Shown: positions 23,601-37,487 of the stretch, piece by piece
How the letters are laid out: each line of letters opens with the position of its first letter
Numbering within the stretch: the stretch's first letter is position 1
The notes under the pieces: generated by a model
Seen by the model: only the letters and a program-made list of their open reading frames with translations
The model's database searches: none
Told to the model about the DNA's origin: nothing
Assembly: GCA_030390025.1 (NCBI GenBank)
Contig: CM059432.1
Location: forward strand, 106,890,001 to 106,954,000
Length of the DNA: 64,000 bases
From: Squalus acanthias
Lineage: Eukaryota
Direction of reading: 5' to 3'
Made by a program: the position numbers and the translations under genes

Positions 23601-23979
23601 GTTCCTTTTCAATTTTCAAAACACATACATCTTTTCTTTTACATTTGGAGTTGAAAACTCTGGAAGTTCCTAATGAATAAAGTAACACTAAAGTACTGTA
23701 CACAGACACCGAACATTCCTTCTTTTAAAATTTTTATTTTGAAACAAATTAAAACTCAATGAATAATTCTAACAATCGAGGAACAATGCTTCAGCCCTCT
23801 TAGGACTAATCTTATAGTCTGCTTAATTTCAACAATATGGTCAACAATTTGGGTATGGGACAGGGAATGCTCATTTGGTCATTCCCTCCACAGACCATGT
23901 CCAATTTGTCACATGTATCGACTGTAACTAACCCATTCAACGTCCTGAGGGAGCTGGCCAAACATAGCTAAAACTTTGA

Positions 23980-24675
23980 ACATACAATTTTAAAGGGGTT
24001 GCAGGAACAGAGAGACCTGGGGGTGTATGTACACAAATCTTTGAAGGTGGCAGGACAAGTTGAGAAGGCTGTTAAAAAGGCATACGGGATCCTTGGGTTT
24101 ATAAACAGAAGCGTAGAGTACAAAAGCAAGGAAGTTATGCTAAAACTTTATAAATCACTGGTTATGCTGGAACATTGTGTCCAATCTGGGCATGTCAAGA
24201 CTTTAGAGAGGGTGCAGAGGAAATTTACTAGAATGATACCAAGGATACAGGACCTTTGTTACGTGGAGAGACGAGAGAAGCTGGGGTTCTCTTTTGAGCA
24301 GAGAAGGTTATGGGGAGATTTAATAGAGGTGTCCAAACTCATAGTGTAAATAAGGAGAAACTGTTTTCAGTGGCAGAAGGGTCTGTAACCAGGGGACTCA
24401 GATTTAAGGTAATTGGCAAAAGAACCAGAGGCGAGATGAGAATTTCTTTTTATGCAACGAGTTGTAGTGATCTGGAATGCACTGCCTGAAAGGGTGGTGG
24501 AAGCAGATTCAATAATAACTTTTAAAAAGGAATTGGATAAATACTTGAAAGGGAAATATTTGCAGGGCTATGGGGGAAAGAGCAGGGGTATGGGAATAAT
24601 TGGATAGGTCTTTCAAAGAGCTGGCACTTTGGGCCGAATAGTCTTCTTCTGTGCTGTATCGTTCCATGATTCCAT
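23980..24675 (+). mobile_element. CR1 3' fragment
   Basis: EQRDLGVYVHKSLKVAGQVEKAVKKAYGILGF... followed by the CR1 tail. Confidence 0.85.
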
Positions 24676-27304
24676 TCAATTAAGTGACGTTTCTCCCTGA
24701 CCCTGGAGGGCATCCAAGATACTAATCCAACTGTACAACCCCCACTATTCAATTCTACCCAGTTGCATTTTACAAATGATTTATTCATTATCCCCTCAGC
24801 ACAGAAACAAAAGAGACAATTTTACAATTTTGCACCCCGGTGCAAATCTTCCCGCGCAGGGAGTGAATATTGGAAATTCAGGCACAGAAATCAGCAGGCC
24901 GTACAAGCTTTTAATCTCAATGGATGGAAAATCTTGCAGGGCCACTGACCTCACACTTGAATTCCCGATGTATGCTTCCAGGGTGCAAGCACAACGGTGG
25001 GTGTGCGTTTAGTAACCTCTACCCTAAAAGTCTCTGTGGGCAAAACAAGTTCCAAATTTTTTTTTTAAATGAATGGACCTGCCTGCATAACACTTAAGCA
25101 ACAAAGTGGACAGATGGATCCACAAGTTATTTAAATAGCATGCATAACCGTGAGCCATTGTTATTCTGTCTGTACAACTGGTGCATGAATGAACCTTCAA
25201 ATTTAAATAAGCTAGTATGTTTTTTAAAGTAATCAAATGGGCAACCTGCCTGATATTAGTGCACATTATGGTGCATGAATATGGTATTTACTTAGTGTGG
25301 TTTGCTGCAGTTAGGTTTTATCTCTGAGTTGTAAGGATGTCTGATAGTCTGGAGTAGGGTGAACCTAGACTGAATTTTTTAGCAGTGTTTGTAATATCAA
25401 GAAGGATACAGTTGTGTGAATCTTTTGTTGAAGTAATGAGGTAATTTCTTAATAATTTGGTGATAATGGAACAGTATTTTTTAAATGAAGAATAGTTTTT
25501 AAAATGAAAGGATTTCAGGCCATATTTGTCTCCGATTATTTTTGCAAAAATGCATAAAAGGCTTGTGCTTTCATAGAAAGTATTAATTGATTTTCACCCA
25601 TGTTCAGGGCTGTCGTAAGTACTGCTCATGTCCAAAATGGGTTTATGAAAATTGGCAAAAAGAAAAGCAGACATTTTACTCGTTAAAGATTGTTCAGGAA
25701 AAACTGTAGAATTACACAGGTTAGAAATAAACCTACAATTGAATATTTAAACCTAGGTTAGACCTAGACTTAGTGATCTTAATGACGGCTAAAGATTTTG
25801 AAATATTACCAGAGCAGTGACAAGTGAATGGTCTCGCGGAGTTTTCTGGCCTAAAGCACGGGTATATTACAGGATATGTCGTAGAGCAGCAGAGCAAGGC
25901 AGAGCACTCTCTCATGCATGTAAAATCTAATTTGCATTTGTTGTGGAAGTGGATTTCATATTCGCTGATGTATATTTCCAATCTTGACTCCATTATATGT
26001 TGTGGGGGGATCATCTCCCAGCATTCAAAAGGTTCTGTCATTTCTCCATCACTTAGCTGACAGGTCGCCATGGGAAACGTGCAGGTCACCATGGCTTTTC
26101 AATCTTGCTGCTCAGCCATTTTGTACACTTCACAGTTGGATTAACGATTATTTTGCCTTTTATACCAGTTAAATCGTTCATTAGCTGCTTGAGAAGTGTT
26201 TAAAGGATCATCTTTACAGGAGCATTATGATTGACTGCTTTCTTTTTGCTGCAATAAGATAGCACATTTCGCAACAACAAACTCCTGCCATTTTGTTAGT
26301 GAGTCATAAATAACGTTGAAAATGGGCATTTAACCTTTTTTTCCAACAAAAGAGGAAAATACAGCCCTTAGTTTTCCATGCAGATTTGTAGCATTCAGTA
26401 TTACCCGTAATGGGTCATAAACCTTCAGCGTTTCCTCATTAATGTTTTGGCATGTTGAACTTCCTTTTATTATTGGTGTTTTCTTTTTGTTTTGATTCTT
26501 TTGTGTTTATTTTTCCACAACATTTGAACACAGAGAGCAGTGATGTGTTATAAGCTCACATGATCTGCCTTGGTGATGATCGGCAATGGTTCTGTGAAAA
26601 CAGGACATTGTCCTTGAACCCCAATCCCTCAATTGTCCCTGTGGCTGTTTGAATTCTATCTAATGTACCAGTGTTGTTCTAAAGGTAGTGTGTCCAAAAT
26701 TGCTGCTCATATTATAAATGTGGCTTTATTAATTAATTTATAGTGATCTAAGATAACTTGTTTCAGCTGCAATGAAATTTCCTCAAGGTGCAGTCAAGAT
26801 TAGATTAGATTTGTTGATGACTGCTTGACATTCTTTGCATGGTTTCATTGAATGATCAGTAAACGCCCCATGTTCTTTTCCTTTTTCACCTTTAAAAAAT
26901 AGCACCCATTTCATATTTAATATGTTTCTTTTTCCCATAAAAATGCCGTCTGGTGCTCCTCATTTCAGCTGCTTAATTTGTTCAATCCCTTTCGATGCTG
27001 TCAATGTCCCTTACAGTAGCCATCTAGACACACAGCTGGTGTCCATAAAAATCCATGTTATTAGTACATCACCTGTAGCATTGCACCTTAATAGCTGCTC
27101 CTGTGGCCCGTTCGTGGGCTTTCTTGTAAAGGTAGTCTCAGGCTTTTCTCAGAGAGCTCAGATATAAATCCTCCCCTTCCAGCAGTAATTTTATAATTGT
27201 CATTGACCTAAATAGGCATTTGTCTCTATAACTGCTTGTTCAACTTCAATATCTTGTTGCTTGAAATCCGTTGGTTCCCAGTACCATGGCGTGTAATGAC
27301 AGCT

Positions 27305-27966
27305 ACTTCACTAAGACTGCCTAGTCCCACCTCCGTAACATCGCCCAACTCCGCCCCGCCTCAGCTCATCTGCTGAAACCCTCATCCATGCCTTTGTTAC
27401 CTCTAGATTTGTCTATTCCAATGCACACCTTGCCGGCCTTCCACATTCTAGCCTACGTAAACCTGAGGTCATCCAAAACTCGGCTGCCCGTGTCCTAACT
27501 CGCACCAAGTCCCGTTCACCCATCACCCCTGTGCTCGCTGATCAACATTGGCTCCCGGTTAAGCACTGCCTCGATTTTAAAATTCTCATCCTTGTTTTCA
27601 AATCCCTCCATGGCCTCGCCCCTCCCTATCTCTGTAACCTCCTCCAGCCCCACAACCTTTCAAGATATCTGTGCTCCTCCAATTCTGGCCTCTTGAGCAT
27701 CCCCAATTTTAATCGTTCCACCATGCCTTCAGCTGTCAAGGCCCTAAGCTCTAGAATTCCCTCCCTAAACCTCTCTACCTCTCTTTCCTTCTGTAAGACG
27801 CTCCTTAAAACCTACCTCTATGACCGAGCTTTTGATCATCTGCCCTAATATCTCCTTATGTGGCTCAGTGTCAGATTTCTTTTTGATAATGCTCCTGTGA
27901 AGCGCCTTGGGGACATTTTACTGTATTAAAGGCGCTATATAAATACAAGTTGTTGTTGTTGTTGTT
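27305..27966 (+). mobile_element. L2 LINE 3' end
   Basis: HWLPVKHCLDFKILILVFKSLHGLAPPYL motif. Tail GGCGCTATATAAATACAAG(TTG)n. Confidence 0.85.
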
Positions 27967-29219
27967 GGTTGGCAGGCCTGTTGATGAACTTGTGATCTGT
28001 CAGAAACCTCAGACATTGGTTGGTCCTTTGTCACATCTGCCGTGACATTGGTTGATAGCCCTGTCAATAAAACACGCAAGACCAATGAAAAAGTTGAAAT
28101 ATGAGCTTGCACTGAACTAAGCCAAACATGTAGCTGAGAGATGACACTACATTTAAATGCTGCAGTTCAACAGCCAATCACAATAGACACAAAATATTTA
28201 TTGTATAGATAAATTTCTGTAAGTCTACTCCTCTGTGACATTTATGAATAGCCATAACAGATTCCAGCAGAACTCCACCTAATCACTCACCTCACACAAA
28301 GCCTTTTCCATTTATCATCAGTTTTTTTTATATATGTATATAATTACACTCTTATAAGTGCACTAAACAAGCATATTTAAATGTAAGTTGTAATTTTATT
28401 CAAGTATTAACAGGAGATTCTCTGCAAATAATGTTGTCATTTAATAAGCCTGTGTCTGGAGCAGATCCAGGTTTTGTAGCAGCACTTTTAAACTTGGTGT
28501 ACAGCAAAGTCTCAAAGATCTTGCTCCTCGTTTTTGACTGGCAAGGTGATGAAATTTGTGGCTGGGTGGAAGTGAAGTTGGGATTGTGGGGAGCAGAAGA
28601 TTTATTAAAGCAGGATCTTTTGAAGCCAAATTACTAACTTTGGGCTGATGCAGAATTAATGAAACTTCAGAAATTTGATACTGCTCCATCGAAGCATTTC
28701 TGGTTTCAATAGGTAATTGCATTGATTAAATCATTCAGTGACATGGGCTATGTGCAAGAAGTTCAGTTTTCAACACTACCTGTTGTAGTTCAGCCATAAC
28801 TTGCTGGTTTGATGCCCACTTTAAACTGATGTAGTTCAAGTGTGTATGTTTTATGATCATTGTCTTAACAACAGTTTACATCCTAAATCAGTATTACAAA
28901 AGAAGGTATCTTTGAAGGAGACGGTAGCACTTTATTTTAAAGGGCATGAACAAGCTTTTAATAATGGTTTATAATTAGAGCATGATGAACTGCAGTTCAA
29001 TCCTGATATACTGCTCGATTTCTCAAATAGCTAAACTGAGCACAATACCAGACTGAACACTGCAGCTGAGGTCAGGTCTCTGATAGATAACATCAGTTTC
29101 TTCTTATATTTTAATGTGGCCAATATCCTTACAGTGTGGATTGAATTTTCACTGCTTTTGTGACTTCATTTGCCCCAGCTCTACAGTAGCCATAGTAAAC
29201 TATAGGGGACAAGACTTCA

Positions 29220-30490
29220 GCCTTGGCTGAGTTAGTAGCACTCTTGCTTCAGAGTCAGAAGATCATGGGTTTGAGTTCCACTCCAGAGACTTGAGCACAT
29301 AATCAAAGCTGACACTTCGGGCTAGATTTTCTCAATGGGGGCACGTTGGGGGCGGGACTGCTGGTTGTCGGGTTTCAGTCCCGCCCCCAACGACATCTGG
29401 CCAACCCACGCCATTTTCCCTTGATTGACCTTGTTAAGCCGGCCCTGCGGGCTTAGCCGGCCAATTAAGGGAAAGCCGGTGACGGAGGACGTCAGCGCAT
29501 CACGTTTCATCTGTCGAAAATGTTTGACAGATGAATTGTCAGCGTTTGACAGCTTTGAAAAGCTGTCAAACACTGACAATCTCTGTTCTAAGGTGAGCCC
29601 TTGCACAAAGACACACCAAAACCTCTTTCCTCAGCAGAAATCAGATGGCTGCTGCATCTGAGAATGCAGCAGCCATTCTGTCATCTCTGCCGTTGAGATG
29701 AGGCAGCTCCGGATCCCCAAGGGTTGAAGCCTGCAGGAAGAAGCAAAGGTAAGGAAACTTTTTCCAACACTTTACACTCCCCTCATACTTACCTCTCCAC
29801 ACTTGCACCCATCACTCACCTCTACAGCTGACATTTCGACTCCTCTCACCCCCGCAGACCCACTGCTCACCTTGCTCACCCTGGCGAGGTTCGCAGCCGT
29901 CGGGAAGCCCGCACTTGCAGGGGTAAAATGGGGATCAGCCTCAAAACTGCCTATTAACTACTTGTTAACAGGCAGTTAATTAGCTCTAATCCCCTTCCCG
30001 CCTCGAGGAGACGGGTCCCTGCACGAGTCAGAGACCCGCCTCCCGGGAAGATGGCACGGAGGTTTCCCAGTTTCTGCCATTTTCCCGGCAGTCCCGCTTC
30101 CATACCTGCCTCCCCAGGGCTGGGAAAATTCCCCCCTTCAGTGCAGTACTGAGGGAGTGCTGCAATGTCTTTCGGGTCAGATGTTAAACCGAGGCCTCAT
30201 CTTCCTGTTCAGGTGGATGTAAAAGATTCCGTGGCACAATTCAAAGAAGAGTAGGGTAGTTCTCCTGGTGTCCTGGCCAACATTTGTCCTTCAACCAATA
30301 CTGGCAAAAAGCAGATTATCTGGTCATTTATCTCATTGCTGTTTGTAGGACTTTGTTGGGTGCAACTTGGCTGCCACATTTCCCTACATCATAACAGGAA
30401 CAACACTTCTAAAGTAATTAATTAGCTGTAAAGTGCTTTGGGATATCCTAAGCATGTGAAAAGCACTATGTAAATGCAAGTTCTTTCTTT
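29220..30490 (+). mobile_element. tRNA/Deu-type SINE split by a Harbinger MITE
   Basis: GCTGACACTTC|...|TTCAGTGCAGTACTGAGGGAGTGC continuity across the insert. Tail at ~30480. Confidence 0.8.
29319..30136. mobile_element. PIF/Harbinger-type non-autonomous element
   Basis: Ends GGGCTAGATTTTC and GAAAATTCCCCCC. TSD TTC. Right subterminal sequence resembles the 35197-39393 element. Confidence 0.75.
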
Positions 30491-31939
30491 CAGCATTCCC
30501 CAACACTAAACTGGGTGCCCTGTCTCCATGGCAACTGCTCTAAACTACAGCGGACAGGATTTATTAGCTATCTTCATGGCCACTGCTCATGTTACAGGAA
30601 ATCTTCTACTGTAACAATTTATTTTTGTTGATGAAAGTAAGTTTTGAGCAGTACAACTGACTTGTAGTGGATTCCACAGCAGAACATTTAAAAATTATGT
30701 GTTAGTATTATATGGGGTTGTGGCTAACTCCTCTCTGGACATTTTTGAATGTTTATAACCGATTAACATTGTAATAAAAATACTGCATTTTTATTTAAAC
30801 AAGTGCACAATAATATAACTCCCCCACCCCCAATAAAGTGTAGTCACAACAGTAACTACACTTCAAACATACTTCATTGGCTTAAAAACACTTTGCGATG
30901 TCCTGAAAGATGCAATATAAATGCAAGTCTTCTTTCCTTCTCCAGTAACGTTACTTCGGTCCTCCTTAACTGATTTATCCTCTCACTACCTTTTTACGCC
31001 ATCCAGCTCTCAAACTGGAAAACTGGCCACATTCCCAGTTGATAGGGGGAGCCTCAGCTCCTTTCCAGGCCTCCATTGTGCATTTAAAGGCTACTCAAAG
31101 CTCCAAGGGGTTCAATCCATTTTCTATCTTGCCTGATCAACTTTGGCAGGTTCTTCAATACACATAAATCAGGGTCTGACTCTGAACCACCTTGCCATCA
31201 ACTTGAGAACTTCCTTCAGAATATGGGGCGAAGCCTACAGCAAATGTAACCAAGTTCATTCTCTAATTCCACATCCAACACCTTGAGCAGTTCAAACTAA
31301 CCAGTCTGCTCTGATTGTAATTGTAACTCGATTGAAAAACTTGTATAGACAGCGGACATTACGTGCAGCCGTTATGAATATATGCCTGCCTATTGTGACC
31401 AAAATCAGTTTTCAGACCAATACCCCATTGTGCCTTGGAGAAAGAATGTCTATTCATTTATAACATTTACAGACAAAATTAATCCATCTTCTTATTCTGT
31501 TCCAAGAATCTTTTGAATGTAGGACGGTCATAACAACAGTCACTGCACTTTAAAGTGAAAGTGTGCGTGTAGCACTTTGGGATGTTCCTGTGAGATGTGA
31601 TAAGGCACTATATAAATTCAAGCTTTTTTTCCCAAATAATCCTTAATATGATCATCTTTTGCTATCATTTAAATAATCATCAAAATCTCCCCTTCCAGCC
31701 ATATTTGCACAGAAATGTACCTTTAAACTTCAAGTTGCAAACTCAGGTTTACTGCAGTGGTCTTTGTTGAAGAGTTCAGGTTTTTCACAGAATTTGGAGG
31801 AAATGAGGCATAGCTTTTACCCTGGCAGCCTACTTTGCCATTCAGCCATTTTGGTTAACCTCCTAACCAAATTGTCCACTTCCTCAGTAGAAAACCTTTT
31901 TCCCAACACCTTGACATGCAATTCCCCCCATCTCTTTGG

Positions 31940-32808
31940 TAGAGAATTTATAGAGTCATGGAGTTATACAGCACAGAAAGAGGCCCTTCAGCCCATCGTG
32001 TCCGCGCCGGCCATCAAGCCCTGTCTATTCTAATCCCATTTTCCAGCACTTGGTCCGTAGCCTTGTATGCTATGGCGTTTCAAGTGCTCATCTAAATGCT
32101 TCTTGAATGTTGTGAGGGTTCCTGCCTCTACCACCCTTTCAGGCAGTGAGTTCCAGATTCCAACCACCCTCTGGGTGAAAAAGTTTTTCCTCAAATCCCC
32201 TCTAAACCTCCTGCCCCTTACCTTGAAACTATGCCCCCTGGTTATTGACCCCTCTACCAAGGGAAAAAGTTCCTTTCTATCTACCCTATCTATGCCCCTC
32301 ATAATTTTGTACACCTCAATCAGGTCCCTCCTCAGCCTTTTCTGCTCGAAGGAAAACAATCCCAGCATGGCCAGTCTCTCTTCATAGCTGAAGCGCTCCA
32401 GCCCAGGTAACATCCTGGTGAATCTCCTCTGCACCCTCTCCAATGCAATCACATCCTTCCTATAGTGTGGCGACCAGAACTGCACACAATATTCCAGCTG
32501 TGGCCTAACTAGCGTTTTGTACAGCTCCATCATAACCTCCCTGCTCTTATATTCTATGCCTCGGCTAATGAAGGCAAGTATCCCATATGCCTTTTTAACC
32601 ACCTTATCTACCTGTCCTGCTGCCTTCAGGGATCTATGTACATGCACACCAAGGTCCCTCTGATCCTCTGTCCTTCCTAGGGTCCTACCATTCATTGTTT
32701 ATTCCCTTGCCTTGTTAGTCCTCCCAAAATGCATCACCTCTCACTTTTCAGGATTAAATTCCATTTGCCACTGTTCTGCCCATCTGACCAACCCGTCTAT
32801 ATCGTCCT
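31940..32808 (-). mobile_element. CR1 3' fragment with open RT C-terminus
   Basis: 221-aa ORF 32030-32695 (QRDLGVHVHRSLK...LVRPQLEYCVQFWSP...IQGYGPSAGKWD). Confidence 0.9.
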
Positions 32809-33855
32809 ATTATCCCTCATGCAAACAATATTTTCTCTCACCTGCTGCCTTCAGAATATACCTTTAGTTCCTTCGCTTTCTCCCTGACTTGACATAGTAC
32901 AAATAGCATTGCATTCTCAGCCTGAAAGAACCCAAATCAAATTTACTGTTAAAGTCTCTCAGGACCAAAACATTCCTACTAATGTATATTCAACAAATGC
33001 CAAAACCAGTGACACAAATTCTATCCACCTGAAGGTTTTGTACTAAATCAAATCCTCTTGTTCAAAATAGTAGTTAGATTTTTTTTTAAACGGTTTGTTC
33101 ATGCTCCTTTAAAACAGTGATGCCAAAAAAATGAAAAATTGAATTGTAAAACTTGATTAGACTGAAATACATTGTCTGCAAATATTTGAAATGAAAAGTA
33201 TTGATGTTTAGTAGGACAGGTAATGAAGGAGTGTTTTTGCACAGTTATTCACCAGTGCTGCCTTTTTAACATTTAATTGATATTTATACATTGATTGCAG
33301 AAAATGTATTTTTCCATTAAATAGTTGGTATGTTTGTTTTTCAGTTAAAGGGGAAGGAACGCTGGGAGACATTTTTTTAATGTTTTAAATATCCTATTAT
33401 TTTTCTGTAGAGTAAGTAAACTTTCCTTCCCCTTTTAAGAATTAAAATTTGTACTGCAGTAGTGAAAGTTAATAGTTTTCATGGTATGAAAGTAATTTGT
33501 GCTGAGAGTCTTTTTTAAGACCGTTATATAAATATAACAGCACGCAAATGCAAGATCTAACAATTTTCCAGATTGTTGCTTTGTTTTAAATGAGCAATGT
33601 GTATTTTAACAAAAGTGTTCTCTTATTTCAGTAATAGCATTGCTCTCTATTTTTGTTAACAAAGAAGGAAGCCATTTCTACAGTATGACAATCATTTAAA
33701 TGTATAAAATAAACTGAAATTTATTATTTTAATAATCCTTAAGATTTAAAAAAGTACAATTAAGTGTTTAATTCATGAGCTGGAGCTGAAATATTTATAG
33801 TGTATAAGCTATTTAAATTTTTATGAAGGTTTTGTTACACAACTTTATAGAGAAA

Positions 33856-34745
33856 GGGGGAAAAATTCAGTTGGATTGCGCCTCCCGTTAGCACCTTAAG
33901 AGGGCGCTAATGGGGCGCAAAGCAACTTGCGCCCGTGCGCGGCGATCTTTGCGCCGCTCACGAAATTAACTAGACATTTTGCGGCGGCGCTAAACACTAC
34001 CGCCACGATCTCCTGCGCCGGCCGATCGTGACGTCAGTCGAGAGTGCACTGCCCCGGTAGCGCCCTGGAGCGGATATTGAGTGGCACCCCGTCTTACCAC
34101 CTGTCGCTAGCAACAACAGGTTGAGGGGAGCGTTTTGCAGTCAGGAAGGGACTGGGGGAGCGCTATTTAAAGACGACCGCTTCCTGCCTTTTTTTGTCGG
34201 CAACATTTTTGCACCATGCATTCTGAGTGAGAGAGAGAGACTGCAGGAGATATTCAAAGCTGTGTTGAGGAGTTTTGGGTACTGAGCAGCACTTTGCAGG
34301 TTCTTTCTGGTTTGATCTTCCTTGCATTGATTTAGAAGAGAATATGGGGGCTGCAGTCTGAGCTCTTTCCCTGGGCCTCTCAATTGCTCTTTCCAACAGA
34401 TTTGATGTACAGGTCTCTCCAGGCCGAGATTCAAGGCTGCAATGAGCAGGGTGTGGATGTAGAGCAAGATCGACCCTCCCCTTTAAGAACTGGCCGGCGC
34501 CAGTGTGTCTGTGTTCCATTGCTGACTGACATCACATGAGCTTCGCCAGCGCTCTGAGGTAGCGCCTCGCTCCTCGGCCTTTGTGCCTTAAGACAGGTGT
34601 GTGGTGCCTGATTTAGCGCTCCAATCACCTCCAGGGGCGATAAAAGTCAAGTTTGCAGTCAGAGGCGATAATTAGCGCCAGGCGCTAAACTTTGCGCACG
34701 GCCGATAATGGTGCCCCAAACGGGGCGATACTGAATTTTTCCCCC
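33856..34745. mobile_element. PIF/Harbinger-type non-autonomous element
   Basis: Perfect 16-bp TIR GGGGGAAAAATTCAGT. 3-bp TSD AAA. CpG-rich subterminal GCGCC/AGCGCC repeats. Confidence 0.85.
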
Positions 34746-35468
34746 AAAGTGCCATATGAAAGTATTAATGCATGATATCTAGTGGATCGTCTTCAAAATG
34801 AACTGAAGTCCATTTTTAGAATGTATGATGTTGATGTACTGCTGAGCTGAATGTTGTGTGCCATTTTAGCTCTGTTTTTGCTCTTTATTTTTGTACTTTG
34901 TGCACACAGGCCTATCTTTTATATGAAGTCATTTTTATATCTTCAGTATTATGTCGTAGGTGCCTTCCAGAAGATTTCTTTTTACATGGAAGATGTGCAA
35001 AAATCAGAGATTTTTGTCAAGTTTTAGATTTTGTAAACGTGTAGGCACTTAATATTTTAATGTAGACCTCAATTTATCACAGTTCAAGGACTTGTTCTCC
35101 TTGCAAAAATATTAGTATTTATGTTACACATGTAAATTTTATTAAAGGAGTATTTTAAAAAATGGAGTGCTTTTGTTGTTTTGATTTGGATTCTTAGGAG
35201 ACGATTTTCCCATTGGAGGCGGGTTTCGGTTTGGGCGGGTTCCAATCCCGCCTCCACTGTCAGGTGGGAAAAATGTGCGATTTTCCCCTAATTGGCCAGT
35301 TGATTTCAGAGGTGTGGGTTCCCCTGGCCAATTAGACTTTTGGGACTGAAACTCGCCTCTGCTGACGTCACTTATCCAGCTTCATTTAAGGGCTGCTTGC
35401 TGCCTTGGCTCATTCCACTGGTTTTTGGTCGATGCTGCACCACCTCCAAACTTTCATCACATACAAGA

Positions 35469-37487
35469 ATGGCCAGCTCCAAGGCAAGGGCCTCCCCGAG
35501 GTTCTCGGATGAGGCGCTGGGTATCCTGGTTGAGGGGGCGAGAGCTAGCAGGGAGGTGCTCTTCCCCTCATCTAGGAGGAAGAGGCCTCCCATAGAAACC
35601 AAGGCGCTGTGGGTCCAGCTGGCAAGGGATATAACCTCCAGATCTGTGTGCAGTAGAACATGGCTGCAGTGCTGTAAAAGGTTCAATGACCTTGTCAGAT
35701 CAGGCAAAGTGAGTATACCATCAGCTTGACCCTCCTTCTGCTCCCCTTCTCCTCTCAGCACCAGCACTCTGCATTATCAACCTCCTCCTACACATCCCAC
35801 TTTACCCTTATAACCCTTGCAACCTTCAGCATCCCTCTCACTCTATGAACCCAATCACTTCACTATTCGACTGTGCTACCCTCACACTCCCTTTCAATGT
35901 TATACATTGACAACGACTAACAACGCACAGGGAGAGCCCTTGGACATGGAACCTCACTCCATCTTTGTCTCCTTCTAAGCATCTATGCTCTGGACTCTCT
36001 ACACTCACTCCATCATTCTCACTCCAGCTCCACTTGTCTCCCTCACTGCAAGAAAAGAGAGCCCACAATAGAAGGGAAAGGGCGAAGACAGGAGGCGGGC
36101 CACCTTCCCTAACCATTCTCACCCAGGCTGAAGAGGTGGCCCTGGATATCGCCGGCGTGGAGGTGGAAGTGGGGGACGGACAGACGGGCGAGGCAGAGCA
36201 AGCTGGTGATAGAATAGTTTTGCATCTCTCTCATTTACACTGCTTGAGTGACTGAAATGGCTGCTGGTGTACATTATTAGAATGCCACTTGAGCATCTGC
36301 ACTATTGCATGTGCATGCCACACTTCAGTCAAATGTCTAACCCATGCCTTTACTCCCCCACAGGACCGTCCACAGAGCCCCCCCCACTGTCGATGAGGAA
36401 GAGGCTGAGCCGCAAGACTCGGGAACCTGCAACCTCTGAGGACGCAGCGTCAGCAGATGTAAGCGCACCCAGCACCAGCGCAGATACACACACCTCGGTG
36501 GGACCTTCGGGACATAGAGTAGTGTTGTCGCCGTGTGTATCACAGCTCACAGGTGAGCATCAACAGGTGGTGGAGACAGGGACAGCAGTGGAGAGTCCTC
36601 GTCGGAGGTCGCAGGACTCTCCCAGCATTGCTCTGCTGCATGTGGACCCTGTGCCTCTGGGTCCATCCAGAAGGAGAGCGGTGCTGGAACTCCAGGAGCA
36701 GGTGCAGGAGTCTCTGACAGGTTTTGTCTCCAGGGTCACTGCGAGTGTGGAGAGAATGGAGGAGTCCAACTCTAACATGAGCAGTGCCTTTGTGGAGGCA
36801 ATGGCGCATGAACACACCACCACGGAAAGGATGGCAACCTCCGTGGAAAGGATGGCTACCTCCATGGTAACGATGGCTACCTCTCTGGAAAGGGTGTCTA
36901 CCTCTCTGGAAAGGGTGTCTGCGGTAGAGGAGAGGATGGCTACGGCCATGGAGGACCTAAGTCGCCAGAGTCTGGAAAACATGGTGAATATTCAGAATAG
37001 ACTGCCATCTCTGGAGAAGCGATGGGCAGCTATTGAGCAGAGAAACCAGAGCTTCATGGAAGTCCTTTTGAGTAGGACTGCCAGTGCAAATATGGGTCCC
37101 CATGGCCCCCCTGATGTGCAGCAAGGTGCTCTCAAGCCACTTGCAAGCGCTGAGGTGGACCTGACCCATGAGAGGGAAGTTGGTGGCAGAGAACAAGGAA
37201 GTGGGGGCTCCTCTCCAAGCGCTCACACTTCCATGCCACTGCGTAGCCCTCGGTCAGAGCCCCACCAGAGTCTGCACCCAACTGAGATGGGCGTCTCAGC
37301 CCCTGCACTGCCGCAGGATGAGCAGATGTTTGGCGCGCCCTCACAGGCTCGGAAACCCAGAGGATGCCCGCCAAAGGTGTCGAAGCAGGAGCAGCATGAA
37401 AGTGAGCAAGGGGCCTCCACCTCTGCTGAAGCCACAGGGGGAGCACCATGTAGGAGCACGCGTAAGAGAAAAATAAAGCACCATTAG
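35469..37487 (+). CDS. Harbinger Myb/SANT-like DNA-binding protein (exons 35469-35708, ~36052-36205, 36364-37487; ~505 aa)
   Basis: Exon 1 MASSKARASPRFSDEALGILVE...W...RTWLQCCKRFNDLVRSGK|gtgagt. Exon 2 EKRAHNRRERAKTGGGPP...G|gtgata. Exon 3 acag|GA CCG... with a heptad coiled coil and basic C-terminus RKRKIK. Phases are compatible. The expected exon-2 acceptor reads CAA. Confidence 0.75.
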
